Assembly: GCA_964512835.1 (NCBI GenBank)
Contig: CAZELA010000001.1
Span: forward strand, 169,372-233,371
Source of the DNA: an uncultured Candidatus Saccharibacteria bacterium
GTDB lineage: Bacteria > Patescibacteriota > Minisyncoccia > Phycocordibacterales > UBA2100
DNA length: 64,000 nucleotides
Direction of reading: 5' to 3'
This document shows, piece after piece, positions 19,515 through 27,554 of the stretch (the first letter of the stretch is position 1; each line of letters starts with the position of its first letter). The notes below the pieces were generated by a model that searched no databases, was not told where the DNA came from, and worked only from the letters and a program-made list of their open reading frames with translations. The position numbers and the translations under genes were made by a program.

Positions 19515-19531
19515 TTTGATGTCGAGAAAGA

Positions 19532-19801
19532 TCAGTGCTCAGGTGCCAGCCACTGCTCGGCGTCGCGACTCGTGAGGAGTCCGAGCTTCACGAGGTGGAT
19601 GCCGGCGTAGTAGAGCGATCGCATGCCGCGCCGATGACTCTGCGCCCGAGCGGCATCAATGAGTCGTCGCTCAGCAAGCACAGCGAGGCGTACTTCGTCT
19701 TCGGGCCACGGATCGCAGCGCGAAAAGAATTTGAGCCATCGCTCCGCCATCAGCACACGATAGCGGTCGTTCATACGGTAATCCGGTTTGCGGGCGGACA
19801 T
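19532..19801 (-). CDS. Hypothetical protein (89 aa), last gene of a 4-gene operon
   Basis: AAGGAG ribosome-binding site. Start is 4 nt after the stop of the upstream membrane gene. Confidence 0.5.
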   Translation of the reverse strand: MSARKPDYRMNDRYRVLMAERWLKFFSRCDPWPEDEVRLAVLAERRLIDAARAQSHRRGMRSLYYAGIHLVKLGLLTSRDAEQWLAPEH

Positions 19802-19804
19802 GTG

Positions 19805-20134
19805 CTACTCCTTGGCCCACTCGTCGGCGAGGATCTTGCGACCTTCGCGATAGATCGGCGCGACTAGCCACACGACCGCTGCCACGACTGCGAGTTCGCA
19901 GATCATCAGTAGAATCTTTGCGATCTCGAATGCGAGGCTCGTTTTGAAGCCGAACGCCATCAGTGCGCTCGCGATCGGAATGATCGGATATTCGTGCACA
20001 GACACGATGATGTCCATGAACGACGCGAATGAAATCGTGATGCCGTTGTACAGCATGTAGCCGAAAACCGAGATCGGGATAATGACCTCGATGCAGATCA
20101 CGATCGCAGCAACCATTATTTGTCGGCGCGTCAT
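19805..20134 (-). CDS. Membrane protein (109 aa, 3-4 transmembrane segments)
   Basis: Hydrophobic throughout. ATGA overlap with the upstream gene. Confidence 0.55.
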   Translation of the reverse strand: MTRRQIMVAAIVICIEVIIPISVFGYMLYNGITISFASFMDIIVSVHEYPIIPIASALMAFGFKTSLAFEIAKILLMICELAVVAAVVWLVAPIYREGRKILADEWAKE

Positions 20135-20394
20135 TGGTGATTCCTCTCCAGTGCGACCATCCGGCCGTTGTTGAGCGTTGCGGTCTTGACCTCGGGCAAC
20201 GCCGCAAACGCGGCCACCTTGGCCTCGTCCTCACCCGGCGTGACTTTGAGCACATTCACGCGGCGCACTCCGGTGAAGCCGCTTTCGAATTCGCAGCCCT
20301 GTGCCGCGACGATGTCCTGGATGGTCTGTTGGGATACATCGTTGTTGAAAACCACGATGATCCTGCCGCGCCACGCTTCGGAACCCTGTGTCAT
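20131..20394 (-). CDS. Small alpha/beta protein, possibly a peptidase-inhibitor-I9 / propeptide-like fold (87 aa)
   Basis: WRGRIIVVFNNDVS..VNVLKVTPGEDEAKVAAFAALPEVKTATLNNG. Paralog of the next gene. The I9-like assignment is tentative. Confidence 0.5.
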   Translation of the reverse strand: MTQGSEAWRGRIIVVFNNDVSQQTIQDIVAAQGCEFESGFTGVRRVNVLKVTPGEDEAKVAAFAALPEVKTATLNNGRMVALERNHQ

Positions 20395-20423
20395 CCTCGT
20401 GCTCCTGTTGTATTCGGTTGCGA

Positions 20424-20669
20424 TTAGAGTGCCACGCCATCATCGTTCAAGTGTGCGCTTTTGACCTCGGGAAGTTTTTGGAACGCGGCGACTTTTGCCT
20501 CGTCCTCGCCCGGAGTCACGGTGACCACATTCACGTGGTGCGTCCCGTCGAAATCCTGCAGCAGTTTGCAGCCCTCGGCTGCGACTAGTTCACGGATCTT
20601 TGTCGCGGGCGTACCGCGGTGAAAGATCACGATGATCGAGCCGCGCCAATCTTCCAGTTTCTTTGCCAT
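20424..20669 (-). CDS. Paralog of the 20131..20394 product (81 aa)
   Basis: WRGSIIVIFHRGTP..VNVVTVTPGEDEAKVAAFQKLPEVKSAHLNDDG. GGAGGA ribosome-binding site. GCGTAGGAT at 20696-20704. Confidence 0.5.
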   Translation of the reverse strand: MAKKLEDWRGSIIVIFHRGTPATKIRELVAAEGCKLLQDFDGTHHVNVVTVTPGEDEAKVAAFQKLPEVKSAHLNDDGVAL

Positions 20670-20723
20670 CCGTTCCTCCGTTTTTACCCGAGGGCATCCT
20701 ACGCGAGCCCGACAAAAATGAAA

Positions 20724-20751
20724 AGCCAGAATTCCACAGAGAATTCCGGCC
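20724..20751 (-). terminator. Array hairpin, degenerate (AGCCAGAATTC..GAATTCCGGCC)
   Basis: Imperfect member of the family. Confidence 0.5.
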
Positions 20752-20770
20752 TTTGTAGAGTACTGAGCGA

Positions 20771-21079
20771 TCAGGGGAGCCAACGCCGCAGCGGCGAGGA
20801 ATGTTCGCGATGCGCGGCGTAATCGCCGAGCATGTAGACCGCGAACAAAAACATCACCACCACGATCGATCCGACACTTGTAGCTTGTGCGGCTGGGATG
20901 CCGATCGTAAGCCCGACTGGCTCGAACAAGGGAACAGCAGCCCCCAGTGATACGAGCCACGTGACGAACGGTGAGTAGAATGCTTTCGGTAGCGCGAATC
21001 CGCGAATGAAGAAGCTGCAGACACCGAGTACGAACGAGAGGATCGTGAATGCCATGAAGGCAGAGATTGCGACGGACAT
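20771..21079 (-). CDS. Membrane protein (102 aa)
   Basis: Three hydrophobic helices. GAGGAG ribosome-binding site before MSVAISAF. Confidence 0.45.
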   Translation of the reverse strand: MSVAISAFMAFTILSFVLGVCSFFIRGFALPKAFYSPFVTWLVSLGAAVPLFEPVGLTIGIPAAQATSVGSIVVVMFLFAVYMLGDYAAHREHSSPLRRWLP

Positions 21080-21096
21080 ACGGTTCTCCTCGCGCA

Positions 21097-21384
21097 CTAG
21101 CGCTTCGCGACTTCGATCATGTGTTTGAGCTGCGGCTCGGTGAGCTCGCGGGTGCCGAGCGAATGGCCGACGACCATGCCGACAAGCAGTGCGCTCGTTT
21201 GCAAAGGTATGTCGTCATTGTCGGGCAGGAAATAGCAGGCTCGCCGAATTCCCTGTATGCCCATCGCATTATTCGGCTTAAGCCTTTTTTTGCGACTGCG
21301 TGTCCGTGAGACGGGACGCGCCTTGGTCAGTCGACCGCGCATCTGCGATGCGACGGCGTTCAGTATCTGTCTGTCAGTCGGCAT
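21097..21384 (-). CDS. Hypothetical basic protein (95 aa)
   Basis: AGGGAG ribosome-binding site. Promoter TTGCTT-16-TAAGGT. Upstream hairpin aacgagcggc..gccgctcgtt at ~21441-21470. Confidence 0.35.
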   Translation of the reverse strand: MPTDRQILNAVASQMRGRLTKARPVSRTRSRKKRLKPNNAMGIQGIRRACYFLPDNDDIPLQTSALLVGMVVGHSLGTRELTEPQLKHMIEVAKR

Positions 21385-21474
21385 GGAATCGCTCCCTGTT
21401 TGTCCGCGCATACCTTACATGTAGGGGTACAAAAAGCAACGAGCGGCGCCCGTAGGGGAGCCGCTCGTTCGTGT

Positions 21475-21876
21475 TCACAGAATGTGCGTTTGGAGTGCTT
21501 CTTCGATCGTCCCGTCTTCAGACTTCAGCTCGACGATATAGCCGCCGGCATTGAAATCGTCGATCACGTCCAGCATGTCGCCGCTGACCACGATGACCGG
21601 CTTTTCGGAGCGATTTTTCAGCCGCTCCATCAGGCTCCGACACGCTGCGTGTGCGACGTCGCGACGCATCCCGACCTCGTTGGCGATATAGATCGCGGTC
21701 AGGTTCGGCAACTTCTCCGCAAGCTGCGCAGCCTGCAGAAACGACGTATCAAAATACGTGAGCGATTCCCGTGGCGGCAGATTCGCTGACGCCCACTGTT
21801 CTGCCGCATTGACGGCCTCGCCGTACGAAGGTTTGTGCATACCCACGAACAAAACATCGTGCACGATCAGTGTCAT
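21475..21876 (-). CDS. Hypothetical protein (133 aa)
   Basis: GGGAGGAA ribosome-binding site. GCGTAGGAT at 21905-21913. Confidence 0.5.
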   Translation of the reverse strand: MTLIVHDVLFVGMHKPSYGEAVNAAEQWASANLPPRESLTYFDTSFLQAAQLAEKLPNLTAIYIANEVGMRRDVAHAACRSLMERLKNRSEKPVIVVSGDMLDVIDDFNAGGYIVELKSEDGTIEEALQTHIL

Positions 21877-21933
21877 TGCTTCCTCCCGGATCTGACTGAC
21901 GGGAATCCTACGCCAGCATCTTATAAAAGCAAC

Positions 21934-21961
21934 GGCCGGAATCCCTCGGAGGATCCCGGCC
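21934..21961 (-). terminator. Array hairpin GGCCGGAATCC..GGATcCCGGCC
   Basis: One mismatch in the stem. Confidence 0.65.
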
Positions 21962-21965
21962 TTGT

Positions 21966-22526
21966 TTACCGCCGAGAGACGGTGAGTTCTCTCAACTTGC
22001 GAATACGATGTGTCAGCTCCTCCGCTACGCGCGGCTGGTCGTGTTCAGGGAACCATTCCAGATGCCGCATGAGTGCGTAGAGGCCGACCGTTACCGTTTC
22101 GGCACCGACCCACTTTGCCGCCTGTCGATCCGTGATCTCTTCGAGCAGGATGTGTGTCGCCGTCGATGCCAAGAGCGGTATGTGACCGATCTCGTGTGCC
22201 ACAATGCCCACGATCTCCATTTCGGAAAGACGTGCCATGTACGCCGGGAATAACAATTTGTATTCCGGACCGCGCTCGGTCTTTGTGATGACCAGGCTCG
22301 GGAGAAATTTGTCGTACACGCACACTTCAACCTGAGAATGGCTGATGTGGAATTCGGGGCGGGTGGCGCGCGATACAAAAGCCGATACGATACCGCGAAC
22401 TCGTTCATCGCGGAATTCGCTGTGATGCTCGTTGATCAGCCTGTTGTGCGAGCACGGCAGAAATTCGTCGGCCCGGGCCGAAACGATACCGGATAGTAGT
22501 ACAAGCACTCCAAGAATGCGCCGCAT
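21966..22526 (-). CDS. Secreted zinc metallopeptidase (HExxH)
   Basis: Signal peptide MRRILGVLVLLSGIVSARA. HEIGH motif. AAGGAGGA ribosome-binding site. TTGACA-16-GCGTAGGAT (22554-22562). Confidence 0.6.
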   Translation of the reverse strand: MRRILGVLVLLSGIVSARADEFLPCSHNRLINEHHSEFRDERVRGIVSAFVSRATRPEFHISHSQVEVCVYDKFLPSLVITKTERGPEYKLLFPAYMARLSEMEIVGIVAHEIGHIPLLASTATHILLEEITDRQAAKWVGAETVTVGLYALMRHLEWFPEHDQPRVAEELTHRIRKLRELTVSRR

Positions 22527-22587
22527 TGTGTCCTCCTTGTCGTTCTCAATCTATCCTACGCGCGGTTGTTCATGTGTCAAAAGGGAA

Positions 22588-22612
22588 GCGGCCGAGTCGT
22601 AGACTCGGCCGC
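22588..22612 (-). terminator. Array hairpin variant GCGGCCGAGTC..GACTCGGCCGC
   Basis: 11-bp stem. Confidence 0.6.
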
Positions 22613-22638
22613 CGATGAAAGATCGATTCCCTCCGGTA

Positions 22639-22959
22639 TCAGACTTCTTCGATCGCGATGCCCTTGAACAGGAACCGATCGCACAACATGTCAGTCAGCC
22701 GGTGCGGAACGTACACGAAGATCGTGCACACGAGCACCGAGACGACCACGAGTCCGGGAATTCCCGAGAAGTGGAAGTACGCTTCGTTGAAGATCGGGGC
22801 GTTCAGGATCGCGAACGCGCCGATCGTGATCACGCACGACTGCGAGAGTCGGACGCCGAACACCTCCTCGCGGATGCGCGAGTCGTGGGTCATGAAGGTG
22901 GCGGCAATGCTCGTGACGAACGTCAGCAGGAGATGGAAGTCAGCGAGGGAGAAATCCAT
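22639..22959 (-). CDS. Membrane protein (106 aa)
   Basis: Three transmembrane segments. GAGAGG ribosome-binding site. Promoter TTGACA-17-TAATAT, overlapped by the inverted repeat 22996..23017. Confidence 0.5.
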   Translation of the reverse strand: MDFSLADFHLLLTFVTSIAATFMTHDSRIREEVFGVRLSQSCVITIGAFAILNAPIFNEAYFHFSGIPGLVVVSVLVCTIFVYVPHRLTDMLCDRFLFKGIAIEEV

Positions 22960-22995
22960 GTCGGCCTCTCAGGTTGGGAAGGGTTTGGTACTCGT

Positions 22996-23017
22996 GGTAT
23001 ATTACCATGAATATACC
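22996..23017. promoter_or_regulatory. Inverted repeat GGTATATT-accatg-AATATACC overlapping the -10 box
   Basis: Two 8-bp arms that are exact reverse complements. Confidence 0.4.
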
Positions 23018-23061
23018 AATATGTCAAATACGGCACTGCCGTCCGTACAGCGGTCCTGTCG

Positions 23062-23280
23062 TTACGCCTGGGTCTCTACAGTCTTTGCGGCGCCGCGCAG
23101 GCCTCGGACGATTCGCAGTTTTTTCGGCGGGATGCCGAGCTCGCGGGCAATGAGTGCAATCACCGAAGCATTTGCCATGCCGCCGGCGGCTTTTGCGCGA
23201 ACCGATACTGCAAACGTGTTTCCGGTGCGTTCGATGCGATCGTTGCGGGCTCCCGCTTTTACCTGCACGCGGTATTCCAT
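23062..23280 (-). CDS. DUF167 (YggU/UPF0235) family protein
   Basis: GNTFAVSVRAKAAGGMANASVIALIARELGIPPKKLRIVRGLRGAAK matches the YggU signature. Confidence 0.6.
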   Translation of the reverse strand: MEYRVQVKAGARNDRIERTGNTFAVSVRAKAAGGMANASVIALIARELGIPPKKLRIVRGLRGAAKTVETQA

Positions 23281-23282
23281 AG

Positions 23283-23795
23283 CTACGCTTTCGGGACACG
23301 CAGTAGCGCGTGCAGGCCGTCGGGCTTTTCGCCGCGGAGAAACTGCATGACTTTTGTGATGTTGCGCTTACGCGAAAGATCGGATTTCAGGTGATTGATA
23401 TATCGATTAATCTCTTTTTGGTGAGACGGTGAGAGTTTAAAAAAAGCAGCGGTTGCCTTGGCGCTTTTTTGCAGTGAGGCGGCGAACTCTCGGTGGGGGC
23501 GCTCGGTGCGTTTACTCGGATCGAACTCGATCGTGATTGATGCTGCGCTGCCGACTTTGTAGCCTGAATTTTTCAGCATCGGACCGTTGATGTAGAGCCT
23601 CCAGTAATTCAGGTATTTCACCAATGTCTGTTTGTACTGTGCGCCGTTTATCGTGCCGCGAACGGGGATTGGGCCTTTGTTGCGTTTGGCCTGCTTGAAC
23701 ACATATCGGAGTACGTCGTCCGGTGGGACGACGCAGGGATTGATACCCACTTTGAATATGATGCTACTAAACGCTTTCACCCCGCTATCGTACAC
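23283..23795 (-). CDS. DUF1905 plus OmdA-domain protein (YdeI-like)
   Basis: VRGTINGAQYKQTLV..SITIEFDP..ASLQKSAKATAAFFKLSPSHQKEINRYI. The start is uncertain, probably a GTG near 23780-23795. Adjacent to and coupled with the DUF167 gene. Confidence 0.55.
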   Translation of the reverse strand: MYDSGVKAFSSIIFKVGINPCVVPPDDVLRYVFKQAKRNKGPIPVRGTINGAQYKQTLVKYLNYWRLYINGPMLKNSGYKVGSAASITIEFDPSKRTERPHREFAASLQKSAKATAAFFKLSPSHQKEINRYINHLKSDLSRKRNITKVMQFLRGEKPDGLHALLRVPKA

Positions 23796-23812
23796 CCTTT
23801 TTAAAAGAAATC

Positions 23813-23836
23813 GCCGGGATCCATGCGGATCCCGGC
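23813..23836 (-). terminator. Array hairpin GCCGGGATCC-atgc-GGATCCCGGC
   Basis: 10-bp stem. Confidence 0.6.
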
Positions 23837-23860
23837 CGATAGTACGAATGTGCGGTTTTG

Positions 23861-24076
23861 TTACGCCCAGGGCGTGAGCCAGAACGCACGGTTGGTGTGC
23901 AGTCCGGCGTAGAAGCCGAGCATGGCGAGCATGCGATAGGCACGCTCGAGATCGATCCCGGGGATGCATTCCACGAATGCGCCGCCGATCATGGTGAATA
24001 GCAGCATGCACATGATCGCGCCTTTGAGCGTGATCGCACGGTCACTGTCGGTATCGCGGATCCTGAGTCCGTTCAT
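23861..24076 (-). CDS. Small membrane protein (71 aa)
   Basis: GGAGGA ribosome-binding site. Confidence 0.4.
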   Translation of the reverse strand: MNGLRIRDTDSDRAITLKGAIMCMLLFTMIGGAFVECIPGIDLERAYRMLAMLGFYAGLHTNRAFWLTPWA

Positions 24077-24132
24077 CGTGTGGTCCTCCGTTTTCCTGCG
24101 TGCAGACTACTCAAACGCGCCACAAAAGCAAA

Positions 24133-24155
24133 GCGGCCGGAGAAGCTCCGGCCGC
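24133..24155 (-). terminator. Array hairpin GCGGCCGGAG..CTCCGGCCGC
   Basis: 10-bp stem. Confidence 0.6.
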
Positions 24156-24179
24156 AGTGTTCACGAGAACAGGGAATGA

Positions 24180-24461
24180 TCAGGCCGCGAGCTTCTTCTC
24201 GGCCGTGAGCGCACGCAGCGCATCGTTCTCGACCCACGTGCCGTCGGCGCGCAACAGATCGAACTGCGCCGCGGTCACGTTGATCTCGAGGGTGATGTGC
24301 GGCACCGCGTGGTCTTCGTGGTGGTCGATGTCGACGATCGTGCAGAGGCCCACCGTGAGACCCCAGTTGTGGCCGACGGCCGGAAGGACGGGCCACTGGG
24401 TCACGCGATACAGGTAGCTGTGCTTGCCTTTGACGCTGACGGACAGCAGAAAATCGATCAT
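24180..24461 (-). CDS. Hypothetical His-rich protein (93 aa)
   Basis: GGAG ribosome-binding site. TTGACA about 60 nt upstream. Confidence 0.4.
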   Translation of the reverse strand: MIDFLLSVSVKGKHSYLYRVTQWPVLPAVGHNWGLTVGLCTIVDIDHHEDHAVPHITLEINVTAAQFDLLRADGTWVENDALRALTAEKKLAA

Positions 24462-24697
24462 GCTTTCGCTCCATTTCCAGAGGGTCGGGTGACCCTCAAA
24501 ACCGCGTATACAATGCATATAAAAACACCGTGTGTCAAGTGCCGAACGGAAGGGTGTCGCGCCCACGCGGTCTCGGACTCAGATTCACTCAATAGACCAC
24601 ATTCTGGGCGCAAATACGGGCTTTGAGAGGCTGCACACGGTAGGTCCTCCTGCGATCCGTTACAGCCCTCGAGGCGGTGGGCGGCTATAAAAGCAAG

Positions 24698-24724
24698 CGG
24701 CCGGGATTGCGAGTATCCCGGCCG
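24698..24724 (-). terminator. Array hairpin CGGCCGGGAT..ATCCCGGCCG
   Basis: 10-bp stem. Confidence 0.6.
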
Positions 24725-24735
24725 TTACATTGGTG

Positions 24736-25104
24736 CTAATCGGCGGTCCATGTCGCCCACGCGATAGCCGCAGGAGCACCATCGATTGTGAGCGAGCGGA
24801 TCTCCCAACCTTTTCTGGTATCGCGGTTGTTCGGGTTGGTGGGTTCGTATCGCGCAGCCTCGGTATATCGAACGAGTTCGCGCGCGGTATGCTCCGCTGT
24901 CATCGAAAGCGCAATCGATGCGCCGCTCGGCTCCGGCCTGACAGAGAACAGTCGTCCCGAACGCGGCGCGCCGCGAATCGGCACGTAGTACTCGAATCGG
25001 GGATTGTCACCGAGCGCATGTCGCAGCGCCTCCGCAATGTGTGAAGTTTGCGAACTTGCACCCACAGGTGTCGGGGTATTCGGCAACGCCGAGAGGTCGA
25101 TCAT
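24736..25104 (-). CDS. Hypothetical protein (122 aa), second gene of a 2-gene operon
   Basis: AAGGGAG ribosome-binding site. Start overlaps the stop of the upstream gene. Confidence 0.5.
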   Translation of the reverse strand: MIDLSALPNTPTPVGASSQTSHIAEALRHALGDNPRFEYYVPIRGAPRSGRLFSVRPEPSGASIALSMTAEHTARELVRYTEAARYEPTNPNNRDTRKGWEIRSLTIDGAPAAIAWATWTAD

Positions 25105-25427
25105 TCCGTTGCTCCCTTGGTCCGGTTCTTCGAGTGTTCGAGAGCGGTGAAGAATCCGTCACCGATGCGTTTGAGTTCCTGCCACTGCTCCTTGGTAAAC
25201 ACGAGGCCGCACACGTGCACGCCGGTCCCGGACGAAATATCGAAGGGGACGATGAACAGGTGTTGGACGTCGCCGTTGCTCGCAAGACTGCCGTCGAAGA
25301 CGATCTTTTTTCCGGTCAGGTCGAATTTCGGTTCGAGCGGCGGCGTGCTCATAAATTGGGCAAGCGCATCCTCTAGTTCGCGGGCCGCACGTGCGTCAGC
25401 GAGATTGGTCACAGTATCCTTGGTCAT
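25101..25427 (-). CDS. Hypothetical protein (108 aa)
   Basis: AAGGAGAA ribosome-binding site. Variant -10 GTGTAGGGT. Confidence 0.5.
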   Translation of the reverse strand: MTKDTVTNLADARAARELEDALAQFMSTPPLEPKFDLTGKKIVFDGSLASNGDVQHLFIVPFDISSGTGVHVCGLVFTKEQWQELKRIGDGFFTALEHSKNRTKGATE

Positions 25428-25502
25428 GGCTTCTCCTTGTTCTGCGTGCACCCTACACCGCAGCAAAAAACTGCGCCAGTGATGCCCGTTTCATCGAACA
25501 TA

Positions 25503-25512
25503 CCGTTAACGG
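25503..25512. promoter_or_regulatory. Perfect palindrome CCGTTAACGG in a divergent intergenic region
   Basis: 10-bp perfect palindrome between the 25427 (minus) and 25549 (plus) start codons. Confidence 0.35.
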
Positions 25513-25548
25513 GTGTATCGTTCACCGAGTCAACGGCAGGGAGATTCA

Positions 25549-25914
25549 ATGAGCACCGTCGCAGAAACGATCGCCGGAGCACTGCTTTCGCTTAACGGTG
25601 TTGCAATGTATGTGCCGCCACGTCAGTCACGCAAAGGGCGCAAAAACATTGCCGGATTCCGCACCGAGTGTGCGCGGTATTTCACGGTGCCGCATACGGA
25701 AGTGTTGTTCGTCACGCGCGCCTATGAACATTTTCTCGTGAGAGATATGACCGAGGCGGAGTCGGTATGGCGAACGCGCGAACTCTGGTACGTGCTGACC
25801 GTTCGGTCTGACGTGCTGAGGGTCTGCGAACAGCAGATACCTATCCGGCGCGCCGCCGAATTGAACCGATGTTCTTTTAGTTCCGACAAGGAACCTATCC
25901 GACCCGATGCGTAA
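25549..25914 (+). CDS. Hypothetical protein (121 aa), plus strand, divergent
   Basis: AGGGAGA ribosome-binding site. Confidence 0.4.
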   Translation: MSTVAETIAGALLSLNGVAMYVPPRQSRKGRKNIAGFRTECARYFTVPHTEVLFVTRAYEHFLVRDMTEAESVWRTRELWYVLTVRSDVLRVCEQQIPIRRAAELNRCSFSSDKEPIRPDA

Positions 25915-25927
25915 GCGTCGGGTCGTT

Positions 25928-26335
25928 CTACATGATGCGCGTGTCGGCCGGTGTTTTCATCCAATTATTGTGGCGACCGTCGGCATATGAGAGCGGACCC
26001 GAAACGAGCTCGTCAATCGTCGCATCATCGAGTGAATTGAGGAATATGCCCACAAACGGTCCTCCCATCCATTCGGCATCCCCGTGTTCGTGCGTATAGA
26101 CGCCGCACGTTTTGCAGAAATAACGGATCGCGGTCGGGTTCTTACCGCTGTAGCCGGTGGCATGATCGTCGCCGGAGAGGAGTTTGAATGCGGCGGGTTG
26201 TATAAACACTTTCCACGAACGGATCTTGGTGCAGTACGTGCAGTTGCACCGTCCGGTGCCTTTGGAAAGATCGATATCTGCCTGATAGGTAATGGCGCCG
26301 CAGTGACAGCTGCCGTGATAAGTTTTGGTTGCCAT
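25928..26335 (-). CDS. GFA (glutathione-dependent formaldehyde-activating / CENP-V) family protein
   Basis: HGSCHCGAITY..GRCNCTYC..CKTCGV zinc-binding Cys motifs. The start lies right after a hairpin, with TATGAT 8 nt upstream, suggesting a leaderless mRNA. Confidence 0.7.
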   Translation of the reverse strand: MATKTYHGSCHCGAITYQADIDLSKGTGRCNCTYCTKIRSWKVFIQPAAFKLLSGDDHATGYSGKNPTAIRYFCKTCGVYTHEHGDAEWMGGPFVGIFLNSLDDATIDELVSGPLSYADGRHNNWMKTPADTRIM

Positions 26336-26393
26336 AGACACATCATAACAAAACGACCCGGGCTGGTGCCGGGTCGTTGTCGTGACTGAAAGA

Positions 26394-26684
26394 TCATGCC
26401 GATGCATTCTTTTCGGCCTGCTCGCGGAGCCGTTTCCGAAAGATGCCGCGGAACATCCAGATGACGAACAGGGAGATCAGCGGGAGTGCGATGATTTTCT
26501 CGGGCTGGTTGTCGAACAAGAGCCATTGCAGGTACGCGCATACGAACACGTGTGCCGGGACGATGACGAACGGAACCTTTGAGTCGATATTGCGTGAGAA
26601 GATGGCCATCGACCAACTTACAACCGCAACAAAGGTCAGTCCGAATGCGATCATGAACACAATGTCTGCGTTTCCGTCATTCAT
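26394..26684 (-). CDS. Membrane protein (96 aa)
   Basis: GGAGG ribosome-binding site. Three transmembrane segments. Confidence 0.5.
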   Translation of the reverse strand: MNDGNADIVFMIAFGLTFVAVVSWSMAIFSRNIDSKVPFVIVPAHVFVCAYLQWLLFDNQPEKIIALPLISLFVIWMFRGIFRKRLREQAEKNASA

Positions 26685-26695
26685 TTTCGCCTCCG

Positions 26696-27015
26696 TCAGT
26701 GATCGCCGATGAGTCGGCGCAGAAGCCACATGCTTCCGAGCCATCCGATGAAGCCAACTGCGATCAAGGCCGATATTTTGACGATGATCGGGTCTGTCGA
26801 AACAAGTTCAATAATGTGATCCACGGTGCCCGCCCGAATGTTGAAAGGAGTCCGACCATACTGCCAACGAGCGTACCCGTCGCCAGCATGAATCCTCCTT
26901 GGTTGGTTCCCACGCCGATGCTTACATGCAGGATCGCCGCAATGAGAGCGCCTGCGATCATGCCGGATGCGATGCGATACGCTGCGGCAAAAACACTGAG
27001 CCGACGCTCTTCCAT
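26696..27015 (-). pseudogene. Membrane protein gene with an apparent -1/+1 frameshift near a GGGCGGG run (~26820-26835)
   Basis: Frame A reads MEERRLSVFAAAYRIASGMIAGALIAAILHVS..STFGRA. Frame C continues protein-like (GTVDHIIELVSTDPIIVKISALIAVGFIGWLGSMWLLRRLIGDH) to a stop at 26696. AAGGAG ribosome-binding site and TTGCAA-16-TAGTCT promoter upstream. Confidence 0.4.
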
Positions 27016-27160
27016 GTGCGTTTCTCCTTTCGGTAGACTACGTATGTACGAACGAATTGCAACCCATTGCGTGAGTATGACGTCGTGCTATAGAGAATAC
27101 ATGAGACACAACATTCTTGTGGTCGTCCTTCGAAGCCCGCTTGGCGAGCTGTGTTTTGGA

Positions 27161-27186
27161 TGATTCACGAGAATTCTCCGGAACAG
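27161..27186 (+). promoter_or_regulatory. Hairpin AGAGCCCGC-caca-AGCGGGCTCT plus T-tract in the 5' region of the 27230 gene
   Basis: Terminator-like structure on the plus strand ~45 nt upstream of a plus-strand start. No plus-strand gene lies upstream of it. Confidence 0.35.
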
Positions 27187-27229
27187 AGCCCGCCACAAGC
27201 GGGCTCTGTTCTTTTAACAGGAGGCGACA

Positions 27230-27502
27230 ATGGAAGAGGTATATCTGCCGCGTGTGCGGGGAGGCCAGTGGGCGGTGAGTCGTATGGTGGACGGTGCGTG
27301 GTTGGCACTCATCGAAGACCGCCCGCTCTATCACAAAGACGATGCCGTAAAAGCACTCGCCGCATGCAAGATCCCGGCAACGGACAAGAATCTGGAGCGG
27401 TATTTTCCATCGCGTCCGTTTTGCGGACGGTGTCCGACACTCGAATTTCTGGAGCTGTTCTCGAAAGTCGGGAGCGGTCAGAAAAGGGAGGTCGGCGTCT
27501 AA
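27230..27502 (+). CDS. Hypothetical protein (90 aa)
   Basis: CAGGAGG ribosome-binding site. Followed by the bidirectional terminator 27509..27536. Confidence 0.45.
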   Translation: MEEVYLPRVRGGQWAVSRMVDGAWLALIEDRPLYHKDDAVKALAACKIPATDKNLERYFPSRPFCGRCPTLEFLELFSKVGSGQKREVGV

Positions 27503-27508
27503 CAAAAA

Positions 27509-27536
27509 GTGCCGGATCCCCTGTGGGATCCGGCAC
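27509..27536. terminator. Bidirectional terminator GTGCCGGATCCC-ctgt-GGGATCCGGCAC
   Basis: A-tract on one side and T-tract on the other. Sits between convergent genes. Confidence 0.7.
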
Positions 27537-27554
27537 TCTGCGTATCGAATGAGC

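Noticed and set aside
25515-25535. Apparent palindrome GTTCACCGAGTCAAC near 25520
   Set aside because: On checking, the reverse complement is GTTGACTCGGTGAAC, not identical. It is only a partial inverted repeat.
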